Source of the DNA: Bilabrum cf. latius
Lineage: Eukaryota
DNA: 64,000 nucleotides
Assembly: GCA_965178125.1 (NCBI GenBank)
Contig: OZ237735.1
Location: forward strand, 620,001-684,000
Direction of reading: 5' to 3'
Shown: positions 19,408 through 30,400 of the stretch, piece by piece
Layout: the number at the start of each line of letters is the position of its first letter
How positions within the stretch are numbered: the first letter of the stretch is position 1
Notes under the pieces: generated by a model
What the model saw: the letters and a program-made list of their open reading frames with translations, nothing else
The model's database searches: none
Told to the model about the DNA's origin: nothing
Position numbers and translations under genes: made by a program

Positions 19408-22400
19408 ATGAACAGCGCCGGTAGCCATCGGATCGACCCGGCGGCGCGCGGGGCAGCAGGCAGCGCCAGGGTGATCGCCGCAGCTGCAGTGTTCGCTCGC
19501 GCGGTAGGCCAACCTGCGGTCACGTTGGCCGATTTAGCTACTCGATATGGTATGAATGATGCTGTGTTCTCGGATTTCATTGCTCGTCTCAACGTGCAGC
19601 GCGACACCATGGCACCTCGCGATCCCGATCTTCGACGTTCACACGATGCGGGGTTCCTGTGCTACTTGCTCGACAGGTACTCATCAAAGCAGTCCTTTAC
19701 GGCATCACGGTCCATTAATGCTGTCAAGAGCACCGCTCTCGCCAGGTTCGTGTCAAATGGGACGCTAACGACTCTCGGTGCACGGCTGCTTCTGCCGGCG
19801 TCGCCGAGCTCTCCTCGACGGCAACAGCCTGAGCGACTCGCAGGACAAGTACATCTTCATCCTGTTCAGCAATCTCCAGAGGCTCCTTCTTCAATCGAGT
19901 CTCCATGGTCCCTGAGTTCACTACCGACGGGCCGGGGGACAGCTTCTCTTCGCGGACAGCATCGGCCACCAGGACGCCTCGACTTCGGCGCCGCCATCCA
20001 TGCTTCACCTGGACGCGACCGAGCGGCGTAGAGTGCCACCAGGACAAGCCGCGGAATTTCGCCCTTGCGGGCGCGGCCAGGCTCTTCGACGCGGCCGACC
20101 CCGCTCGCGCGGGGCGGGCGGGCCCACCTGCACGAGTCCCCGAACCGAGGGCCCCCGGGGACAGCAGCAGATACCCAGCGCAGCGGCCAGCCCAACTTCT
20201 CAACGTCTTCACCCCCGCGGCACCAACCTCCACCTGCCTCGGGCAGGCTCCCCGGTAGGCCAGGCACTCGGGACTTCGGCGATCCGACAGTGCTCGCGGA
20301 GGCGCTCAGCAGTGCAGCATCACGGTCAACGGGCCCGGCAGGCCCTCAGCTTCTTCTTCCTCGTGTGTCTCCGGCTTATGACTCCCCCGGCGTGACTCCG
20401 GGAACCAGCCGCTAGCTTGATGCGGTCTGGGGCCGCCTTCCTGGGGATCTCCAACGGGCAGTGTTGCACTCCACGACGCTGCGGGGAAAGGCCGACCCAG
20501 CGACAATTCTGCATCTACGCCTGTTTGCGCTGTGGCACAGCATTCCGACTCTACGCCAGCAAGAGCTGCTGTCGCACCTCTCCGCCCACGTGGAATTACA
20601 ATGGTACTTCTAGCACCGACTGGCAGCTTCGATGCACTCATCCCCGCCACCGGTCGACGTTCTACCCGCTCATCAGCCTCCCCGTGAACCTCCTGTCTCA
20701 TCTTCTGCCTCACCGCAGCCTGCGTCTTCAATTGACCCAGTTTCACCGGGCGCAGGCACGGCAGTGGACTCCGCGGTCGGTCGCTCGCAACCAGTGGAGA
20801 ATTTGTAGCGTGAGGCCTCTGCACCTTCAATCGCTGCAATTCGAATGCAGAATTGGTTTTCTGATGATTTCTTGGCAACGTTGACCTCGATCTTTCGCCA
20901 ATCCGCGTTCATGCCGCGGTTTTGCTAGGCTGACGCGCTTCATTTGGACGCTAGCGGCCGCGATTTCGCTGCCGAACTGGCCCGTGCCCTGTTTGGTCAG
21001 GCTGTGACGAGAGCCAAGATTGAATCGGCTATTTTCTCGTTCACGAGCCGGCTTCATGCAGCTCTGCCGATGAGCAATGCTAGTTTTGGGGAGTTTGATG
21101 CGTCCAACTCGGAGTCGTCTGCTGCAGGCGGACGAGACAAGTAGGTACCATCTAGCGAGTTACTATGCACTATTTACTCGGCTATTTCCTTTGCTTTAGG
21201 CTGTGTGCTTGTGCGGGCTGCTTGCGTGAATTCGACGGCGTCCTTGCCGTCCTGGTTGCCGCAGGGCAGCAGCTCGTGGTAGTGTCCAGCATCACTAGTG
21301 CCCGATTGGAAAACCTTAGGGCAGGTTCGCAATGATTTTCTTCGTTTAGTTAGTGCTTCCGGGGCATCATCTGCATCGGCGTCCAGACTAGAGGTGGTGT
21401 TTGCCGCTGTGTGTGTGATACCACGCGGAAGTTCAGCTTTTGAGATGCTCTCATCCCATGCTTGGCGCCATACAGGCGAACGCTGTGACGTTGAGATTCG
21501 TGACCTTGTTGGGAATGAGATTCCATCGTGCTCTTCTGGCGACTGCATGCGTCTCCTACAATTGCTGCATCCGTGGGCCACTGAGGCATGCAGATCAGGC
21601 GAACCTGGCCTCGTGCGCGGACTGCTACAGGGAGTCCAGGCTGACATGCAGGCGCCGTCCCGTCGAGCAGCACTGTCCCGTCACTTCGACCCCCGCGGGG
21701 GCAGTGGAGGCCGGGGCAGTGGAGGCGGGGGCAGTGGAGGCTCCAGGCGCAGCGGGGGTGACAGCGACCAGCCCAGTGCCGATCGTGGCGGAGGTCGACA
21801 CCGTCGAGGCCGTGGACGTGGCGGTGCAGGCCAGCAAGGTGGCCAGCACCAGCGTGCGGACCGGCAGGACGGGGGTTCCACCAGGAAGTCCAAGGAGCCT
21901 TCACCTGACCCCCCCCCACGAGGTACGTCACGTCAGAGCCAGCCCAGCACTCCAACACCAACACTGCCGCAGGGGCGTACGCAGACTACCACCACATCGG
22001 ACGCGTGTGCTGCTTCCACACCACCTGTCACGTCAACGCCCGCGCTTCACCCAGTCCTGGTGGCCCTAGCGCGCCCTAAGCGACCGCAGCGGCCGCCCAC
22101 GGCGTCATCCACGAGGCTGCCAGGTAGGACGGACATCTCTCCAGCATTCGTTGACTGGGCATATCCAGCTCCGGATCCAAGCCATGAGTGGGCAGGGACG
22201 ACAGCACCCTCCGTCGAGGACTTCATACAGCGAAAGGACGATCACCAGCGTATCAGAGAATGTCCCGGCGAATTCGTGGAGGCTCCAGCTGCGACGTGGG
22301 ACCGTGAGCGGCTCCACCTGAAGGTTCACGACGACCCGCTGGCATTCACGCCACGCAAGTACTTCGACAAGGTGCCTCGCTAGACTGCAACACTGCGGAC

Positions 22401-25167
22401 CCGGCGGGAGGTTCTGTTTGGCGGCCGCACACCGAGGAAGGCCCCGTCCCTTGCCGAGTTTAAAGCCCTCCCACGAGTCGAGCGTGTACTGGCAGCACTG
22501 AACTATGGTTGCCCCCTAGCCATCGTGGACGAGGTGCCCAAAGAGCACGATCTAGACTACAAGGACCGTAAGCTGTCTCCGGAAGAAAAGTGGGAGATCG
22601 CCTGCGAGATCGGGCGCTCCATGCGGGCTGGCGAGCGTGACTTCGTGTCACCCAAAGATTTCGACACAGCCCGGGCCCGGCCGCTGGTGATCCCCAAGAA
22701 GGACTCGACAAAGCTACGGTTCCTTCAGGACTCCTCACTCAAGGTGAACGGCCAGCGTACCGGTCTGAACAAGGCCATCGACTACAGTGCAGCCACGCCT
22801 GTGCAGCAGACGAGCAGCATGGACGTGCTGCGCTCGGCAGCCGCAGCAGTTCGATCCTGCCCCAAGCGTGCCAGCGGATACGTCGTCGACATTTCCTCGT
22901 ACTTTCGGGTCCTGCCGGTGGCAGTGGAGGATCTCCAATACAACCTGATCAAGCTGCCCGACGGGCGCATCGTGCAAGATTTCAGGCTCTCTATGGGCAG
23001 CTCATCATCTCCCGCCTTCGCAACTACGATCAGTTCGGCTTTGGCCCAAGCCCTCGAGGAGCAGTCCATTGGCAGGGCCATGCGACCCGGACGGAGACAC
23101 AAGCAGAAGCAACGACGCCGGAAGCAGCAGCACGCCAACGCCCAATCCAGCACGACGGACCAGGCGCCCCAGGCGAACTCGTCAGCAACGTCCACCCCGC
23201 CTGCCGCTAGCACGACAACGGGACATGTCAAGACGGCCCAAGACTAGTCCCGCCATTGGTAGGTCGAAAATGAGGTGTTTGTAGATGACTTTGCCTGCCT
23301 CGGCGGAGATCACGAAGTCGATGCATGGGCAATTCGAGCCATGGGGCAGCTGGACTCCACAAACTTCCCCGTCAGCATCTCGAAAGCATTGAAGCAAGGG
23401 GCCCCAGCCCCGGTGTTCGAGTACTTGGGCCTCACCTACGACTTGATCAAACACGAGGTGCGGTGCCCTAAGGACAAGGCCAACGACGTCCTGCGCAGAC
23501 TGCACGAGGCACTCACGACGAAGGGGATGCTACTGTCTAGCTTTGAGACCTTGGTCGGCAAGTTGTCCTTCCTGTCGGGCGCACTTTATGGTATGCGCGG
23601 TGCTCTACGTCCCCTGTATGACGCCAAGGGCTGGGCCCTTCACAAGTAGGCCAGCCGGTCACGACCAGGTGAGGTGTGGGTCCCCACCTCCTTTGTGTCC
23701 AAGGGTGGCTTCACAGTTGGGGAAATCCTCGAGGGATTCCAGGTGGCTATCCAGCGCAAAGGCGGGCGCAGCTTTCCGATGCGGGGCACCATTGACTGTC
23801 CCATCCTTCGCACTGATGCGTCGGTGACAGGCTACGGCGCCGAGCTGCTTCTCCACGACAAGGACGGCAACATCACTTCGCACACCGGCATCCAGGGCAC
23901 TTGGCCGCATCGCCTAGAGGCGAAGGATGTAGCGGCGGCAGAACTTGCAACATGTTTGTTGGCACTGGCGCATTGGCGACAGCACCTGCGTGGACGTGTG
24001 GTGCGTTTGTGGTGTGATAATGATGCTTCCGTGTAGCTGATACGCTACGGCAGACCCAAGAGCCACATCATGGCAGCCTTACTTCGCCCTATCTTCGTAC
24101 TGCAGACAACGCAAGATGTGCAGATTCACGTGAAACACATTCCTGGCGAGGACAACGTCGTTGCGGACGCTTTGAGCCGCGGCTCACAGGAGGCATACAC
24201 GCACCTGGACGCGGTGTATCAGGTCGACTGTCCCACGCCGATCTGGAACACCTTGTACAAGCACGACCATTTCACGCTGGTGGCCACTCTGGACTCAGTG
24301 GGTTGCGCACGGCGTGGGGGCACTTCGACAACTTCCTCACGTGGTACGACATCGACCGCAGTTTCATGGACGGGCATCTTCCAGCAGCTCGCAGACTCTT
24401 CGCGTTCAGGCTCAATGCAGCGCTCTCGAGATTCGCAGTCTTCTTAGGGGAATGTTCGCCTCTCAGTGGCGGCACCATCGCTACATACACCAGAAATGCC
24501 TAGCGAGTCGTCATCGAGTCCACAGGAGCGTGCGGCGTCCCACGGTCACGCTAGCTCGACAGCATCCTCCGGTACTACCACAAAGCATCGCCATCGGCGC
24601 ACCCGTTGCGTCGATCTTCAGCCCCACTCCGCGCAATCCGACGGTGTTTCTCGACAGCCGGTTGCAGCACAACAGAGTAGGCTGCTCGGACAGCTGTCTG
24701 TCTCTGCTTCTGTGGGGGCCTCCGGCTGGGAGAGCTCGTCGGTGCGTCCAGACGACAAGCCGGCCTCCAATGGCAGCAAGTGCAGTTCATCACGCGAGAC
24801 GGACGCATCCATGGTGTTGCCATCCGCCTGGGCCTCCACAAAGCCGACGGCCCAGCCAAGTTCTCCATCCCAGCCGCAGAGCCCATCGCAGTCCATTGCA
24901 GAGCCGGACGATGGGCAGTCACAGGCAGCAGGTTCTGCGGCGTGCGAGCCTTCGTGGCGTGGGCAGCAGCGAGCCACGCCCCAACTGCAGGCGCAGACGA
25001 AGACTACGCCCGGTAGCTGGCGCTCAGCTGCCCCACGTCAGGGCCAGTCTTCGTGGCGAACACGAAGCCGATCGTCAAGGCGCAGGTAGTACGGGCGCTC
25101 CGCAGCTTCTGCTCACGAGAAGTTGCAGGAGCGGTGCACGGACATTCCATCCGCATCGCGGCAGTGA
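19408..25167 (+). CDS. Ngaro Gag-like/RT/RNase H polyprotein, 1919 aa if TAG=Gln
   Basis: One frame with 14 TAGs and no TAA/TGA until TGA 25165-25167. RT motifs VVDISSYF, LSMGSSSSP, FVDD, YLG. RNase H motifs TDAS, AAAEL, WCDN, HIPGEDNVVADALSR. Confidence 0.85.
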
Positions 25168-25361
25168 TGTGTTTGGACCGTGCTGGGGTCGCCTTCGAGG
25201 TCATTAGGCGATTTGGCAGATGGAAGTCGGCATCTGCATGCGAGGTGTACTTGCGGGGCGTCAGGGAAGGCTTGCCTCCTCTGGAGCTCGGCGGCAGGAG
25301 CCTCGATTTGAACAGGCCAGTGTGGGTGCTGGCCAGCGCGCTGCGGCTGAACTTGGAGTGA
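24303..25361 (+). CDS. Ngaro tyrosine recombinase (start uncertain; frame open from ~24024, first ATG 24366)
   Basis: With 4 TAGs read through: GGLRLGEL (R), HKAD, HGHSIRIAA (HxxR), FGRWKS...VYLR (Y); ends TGA. Confidence 0.85.
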
Positions 25362-25401
25362 GCCACACAGCCGCAGCGTACAAGACATGGCGGTAAGATT
25401 T

Positions 25402-25863
25402 GGCGGAGTAGTGCACGTGCTCTTCCCAGCCCCGGTCAGTCCGGTCAAGGGTCGCGCACAGGCACAGCTTTGTCAGGTCTTGCCATGTCTGATTGTTAAC
25501 GAGACTAGGTTGCGCGTACACTCTGGCATCATGATCCTAACGCCGGATGGGGTTCGGTGTTGATGCCAGAGTGGGAGCGCGTGAACGTCTCGTTGGGTTC
25601 CGATGGCGGTTGCGACCGGGAAGGTGCGACCAAGCCAACGGATTGCTTGCGATGACGCGCATACCCTCTCTGTGTTCAGGAGAGGGGCGGAGATTGGGTA
25701 ATTTTTGCCCACCCTCCCAACCCCCTCCTCCTCGGCGGAGTAGTGCACGTGCTCTTCCCAGCCCCGGTCAGTCCGGTCAAGGGTCGCGCACAGGCACAGC
25801 TTTGTCAGGTCTTGCCATGTCTGATTGTTAACGAGACTAGGTTGCGCGTACACTCTGGCATCA
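25402..25863 (+). repeat. Ngaro B1 (25402-25531), A2 (25532-25707), C-rich spacer, B2 (25734-25863)
   Basis: B1 matches B2 (130 bp) and A2 matches A1, by direct comparison. Confidence 0.95.
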
Positions 25864-25914
25864 GGCATATATAAGTTAACATAATAAAAAAAAATATCTA
25901 ATGTTATATATATA

Positions 25915-26541
25915 ATGGCTTTAGAAATAGCTATTTCATCAGTAAGCGGAGCTTCGGCTCTAGTAGCATTAGGCTATTATGGGGTGTCCTGCATGGGCAA
26001 GGTAAAAAAAGCATTTGACATTAAGAAGGCATGTCTTGTAATTCCCAAGGGATGCGGAAAGACTACATTGTGTAAGAAATTTGAAGGAAATGACACGAAT
26101 CTTTTAGTCGTAGACCTTGACGAATTGGTATCAAAGCATCCAGATACGGACAAATCTTTTTTAGAAGGATTAGAAAAAGCTAGGGAGTCAGGCGATGACT
26201 CAACATATAGGGTATTATATCAAGAACTGGCAAAGAAAGTATACGAATCATTAAAAAAATCATGGTTAACAAAAAAAGAAAAAAGAATGTTGTGTTTGAC
26301 TGGATCATTAGAACTAGCCCAAGAATTATTTAAAAAAACTAGTATTTTCGTTGCCTCACCATCAAATAAATTATTTAAGGATCTTGTATATGAAGCAACA
26401 AATGAAGTACAAGAAGTAATGAGAAGAGAAAGAACAAATTTAATATCCGAACTGCAACCCTCTCAAATATATGTTTATGACACATTCGAAGAGTTAAATG
26501 CAAAATTACAGCTCCAATTTAAAATTAAGCATCACCTTTAA
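25915..26541 (+). CDS. P-loop NTPase/kinase-like protein with hydrophobic N-terminus
   Basis: CLVIPKGCGKTTL Walker A, LLVVDLDE; TCTA promoter; the last 85 nt lie inside the TIR. Confidence 0.7.
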   Translation: MALEIAISSVSGASALVALGYYGVSCMGKVKKAFDIKKACLVIPKGCGKTTLCKKFEGNDTNLLVVDLDELVSKHPDTDKSFLEGLEKARESGDDSTYRVLYQELAKKVYESLKKSWLTKKEKRMLCLTGSLELAQELFKKTSIFVASPSNKLFKDLVYEATNEVQEVMRRERTNLISELQPSQIYVYDTFEELNAKLQLQFKIKHHL

Positions 26542-27459
26542 TAAATTGTAATTTTTTGATGACAAAACCGATGACAAAATTAATATTCTGAACTCTACAG
26601 AAAATATGATTTTAAAAATAAAAATTTCCTGAGACCTCGAAAATCACGTTTTGTCACCGCTTTTGTCACCCTTCTAAAAAAAAGTATAATAGGCAAGTAT
26701 TCTGAAAATATTATTATATTCCATTAATATATTAATATTTAATATTATTAGTTATCTGTATTACTTTTTCAATTGGTGACAGAATTTAAAAAAAATATTT
26801 TATTGTCTTTCTCAGTAAATTAATTAAAATAAATTATTATAATATTATTTCTAACTTTTATTACTATATCACTTTTAAGCGAACGAAGAGAGCGACCCAA
26901 TGCATGAACTCAAATTATAGAGCCATAAATAAAGCAATAAAATATTTTAATGATTAACCCCTTAAAAATTCCCATAATAAAATAAATATGCTTTTTCCAT
27001 TTCTTAAAAACGAAAACAAAAAATAAATAAATTTATTTTCTGCTTTCTGGCGAACTTTTTTTAAAATGTGAGCCATCCGCCAAATTGTACAAATTATAGA
27101 AATATAATAAATATTATTTGATGATCCATTTATAAATTAAATTCTTCGAATTTAATTATTTTCATTCTATCGAATAAAAATAAATTTTGATAAAAATCAA
27201 TAAATTGATTTAATCTTAATCCGCGAAAATATTATAAAAAAATAAAAAGTATAGCATGTAACGAATTATAATTATTCAATATATTACAACAAAATTATTA
27301 TTTTATAAAAAATTTAATTATACAAAAAAATATAAATAAATAAAAAAATAAAAGTGAATATATGGACACATTAAAAAAGTGAAGCATGCGTGACGTAGTC
27401 CGAAAATAAAATAGGAATATAATGTCATTATATTCCTATTTTATTTTCGGACTACGTCA
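26457..27459. repeat. Right terminal inverted repeat (~1 kb; outer part inferred)
   Basis: 26457-26573 pairs with 1-117; the remainder is AT-rich and non-coding up to the host junction. Confidence 0.8.
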
Positions 27460-27460
27460 C
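27390..27460. repeat. Perfect terminal palindrome (35-bp arms, 1-nt centre)
   Basis: gtgacgtagtccgaaaataaaataggaatataatg-t-cattatattcctattttattttcggactacgtcac. Confidence 0.97.
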
Positions 27461-30400
27461 CGCCTCGAGTGCATCCTGGATATCCTGCGCGGATGACCTA
27501 TCACCGCCCTACACGACCTGCTCTACTACCTTGGACACGTGCACCTCCAGCACTTGCGCGGCAGCGGCAGCTGTCGATGGCCCCGCTGCATCCTCTGGAC
27601 CCCCCGCAGCACCAGCACCAGGCCCAGGCCCAGGCTGGCTGCTGGCGGCGCCGCCCCCGGCCGAACCCTCGCTGCTTGTCACGGCAGGTCCAGCTGCACC
27701 AGATACGGGCTTGCCACTCGTCATCGTGACCAGTCCGACCTCACCGGGGCCCCGATACCGCGCGTCGCACGCAAGCAGCCAATCCACGCACTGGAGCGCC
27801 CTGCTCCCGTCCAAGTCCTCAGGCCGCATCTCGGCAGCCTCAGGCTCCGAGGAGTCGCCACCTTTCGACTTGGACCCGCCACTGTCGCGCTTGCCACCGC
27901 TTGACTTGTCGCCATCACCGGTTCCAGGCTCCTCTAGCCCAAAGGCGACGGAGTCGGCCCACTCCCTCACCATCCCGATGGTGACCCGGCCCAGGCACGG
28001 GCGCAGCGCATCGACGATGCGATCAATCGCTTCCTGGGAAGCTCGCACGAAGGTCTGTCTGCAAGCATCCGCCAGCACGCATTCCTCGATTGCTGCTGTA
28101 GACAGGTACGCCACGTGTGCGCCCATGGTGAGCAGTGCCTGCAGCTCAAAGTGCTCGCTGGGGTCCAGCTCAAAATCGCCGACTTCGTGCTTGCGCGGAG
28201 ACCTCGAGTAGTCCAGCTGCTCGAGGAGCTGCCACATCGAATGCAATCGCTGAGCATGCAGCTTCTTGACGGCTCTGCTGAGGCCAGCGCGCCGGAATGC
28301 AACGCCGATGCTGTCGGCATGGAGGACGTCCCCGTGGACCACCGATTTTGCCGAAAGCGATGCTGGCTTGCTACCTGCACCCTCTGGGACACTCGTATCC
28401 TCGCCGCTCGTGTGCATGCCCGCCAGTTTAGTCTTGTGCTGAACCCGTGCGATCAAGCGAAGGCCAGCTCCCTCGCTGCTGGAGCTAAACGCGTCGGCCG
28501 CACCAGCTGAGGCCTGGTCGCTGGGGTGTTCCGCGACGCACCTTGACTGTGCCACGGCTTTGGAGTGGAGCATCAAGCTGCGAACCATGTAGCCGGCAGC
28601 GCGGGCGCTGACGCCGATGAGTGGGTAGCCTGCCGTATCGTGTCGGGATGCGAGGCGAAGCACGTCGAGCAGCTGCCACTCCGACACGAGTCCTGCGTGC
28701 TCGACAGCAGCCGTTTCCACAGCTTCCAGTGCCGCAGCATACCCATTTACTGCTTCGTGGAATACGGACCTGAACAGCCTGCGAGCAGAGGCCCTGGCCC
28801 CAGCGTCGTCGCCGGGACGACATCCGACCAGGCACAGGCCCCTCACGGCTGAAGGCTTGAACCGAAGGCAGTCCTTGACTCTCTCTACCACCCGAGCATC
28901 GCACATTCCAGCCTTCTTCGCGTTGTCGCTTTTCTCCAGTACACCCCGCAGATCACCCACCGTGACGGCATCTGCAAAGTGCGCAAGCGACGCGATGTAC
29001 CTCGCAGCCCCAGCCGCTCGCAGCAGCCCATCGCACGGCGCGGCCTCCGAAGTGATGCGTCTGATCCAGCTTTTCTGCTCCCTCGCCTGCACAGCAACGG
29101 TAGGATCATGCGCCGCGCCGTCGCCCTGGCTCAGCGCGACTTGCCCCTCGATCCCAGCCGCCGCCAGGGGGTCCTCCCCGACCGCCAGCAGGTCGAGCAC
29201 CGCGCCCTGCTTGCCTCTCATGAGGGTGCGACCCGTGCGAATGAACGCAGCGATGCGATCTTGCAAGGATTCAAGCACCTCTGGCTCTACTCGGTCACCC
29301 GTGCTGCATGCTCTGCCTCCTGCACCCAGAGCTGCGCTGCACAATTTGCTCACCTGGGCGAGTGACAGGCTGTTGGGTGGCACGATCCTTGCTGCTTGCT
29401 CTGCTGCGGATTTCACATCGGCTGTCACAATCACGTCAGTTGATGCTGTTGACGATCTACGAAGCACGATAGGCTGCTGCAGACCCACCTTTGTGTCCTT
29501 CTGGTCAATGCTTCCCTGCTTGACTGCTTCTGTAGGAGATTCAAGCCCCAGTGCATCGGCACCCGGAATACCTCGCCCCCCCTCAATGGTCTCCTCCTGC
29601 GAGAAGCACTCCATGATGCGGCGCTCCACCTGGGTCGGCGAGCACCACGCGAACTCCTTCATGGCATCCTCGTCGCCGGCACGCAGGGCCGCCAGCTGCC
29701 TCTGATGGCCCCGGATGGTGACCCCGTACTTGCTGAAGGAGCCCGGGTCATCAACGTCGATGTCATCCACGGTGATCACCCCCTCGCTCTCGAATCCCGG
29801 CAGGTACTGCTCCATGCCCGCCCTGAACAGCCACTCGTGTATGGACATGAGGTTCCCAACGGTAGATATCTTGCCCTGCGCCTGCAGCAGGCTGTCCACG
29901 GCCGCCTGGCTGCTTGCAGCGCGAGGGTCGTCCCTGTGCTTGAGCAGGTGCCCTTGCAGCGCCGCGGGTGCCAGTTGCTTGCGACTGCATCGCTGAGCGA
30001 ATGTCTGGGCCATCATCTCCAGCTCTTTCGTGGTGAAGGCCGCTGCTGCAGAAGACTTGCTCGGAAACTATCTGCCCGTTGGGTCGGCTTGACCTGCGCC
30101 CGCGTCGTTCGAAGCGGATGGCTTTCCCGACATTCGATCCAGGGCCTCGGCATCCTCCTCCTCATGACCGTCCTGCTTGCCCCCTATTCGCCGCTGAATG
30201 CCGTGCGAATAGAAGTGCGTGAACATCTTGCGCATCTGATTCGGAGACGCGTAGTCGAGCTTGACGTGCACATCACAGCGGCCCGGGCGCACGAGGGCTG
30301 GATCGAGCTTCTGCAGGTGGTTGGTGGTCATGAACACGACTCGTCCTTGTTGAGAGGCCACCCCGTCCAGGGCGTTTAGGAGACCAGAGAAGGAGACGCC

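Larger units (their letters stand above)
19204..25863 (+). mobile_element. Full-length Ngaro-type tyrosine-recombinase retrotransposon
   Basis: Split direct repeats A1-[ORFs]-B1-A2-B2; RT, RNase H and YR motifs; GC-rich within the AT-rich virophage; no target-site duplication. Confidence 0.95.
1..27459. mobile_element. Endogenous mavirus-like virophage (EMALE-type provirophage), left end outside window
   Basis: AT-rich block that switches abruptly to GC-rich host DNA at ~27460. Contains MCP, penton, adenain-like protease, FtsK/HerA ATPase and rve integrase. Terminal inverted repeats (1-117 is the reverse complement of 26457-26573). Ends in ...GTCA at 27459. Confidence 0.95.

Noticed and set aside
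1-27459. Bacterial prophage, contaminant or chimeric assembly
   Set aside because: The gene set is virophage-like, TIRs are present, the junction is clean at CA, and the nested retroelement uses the host code.
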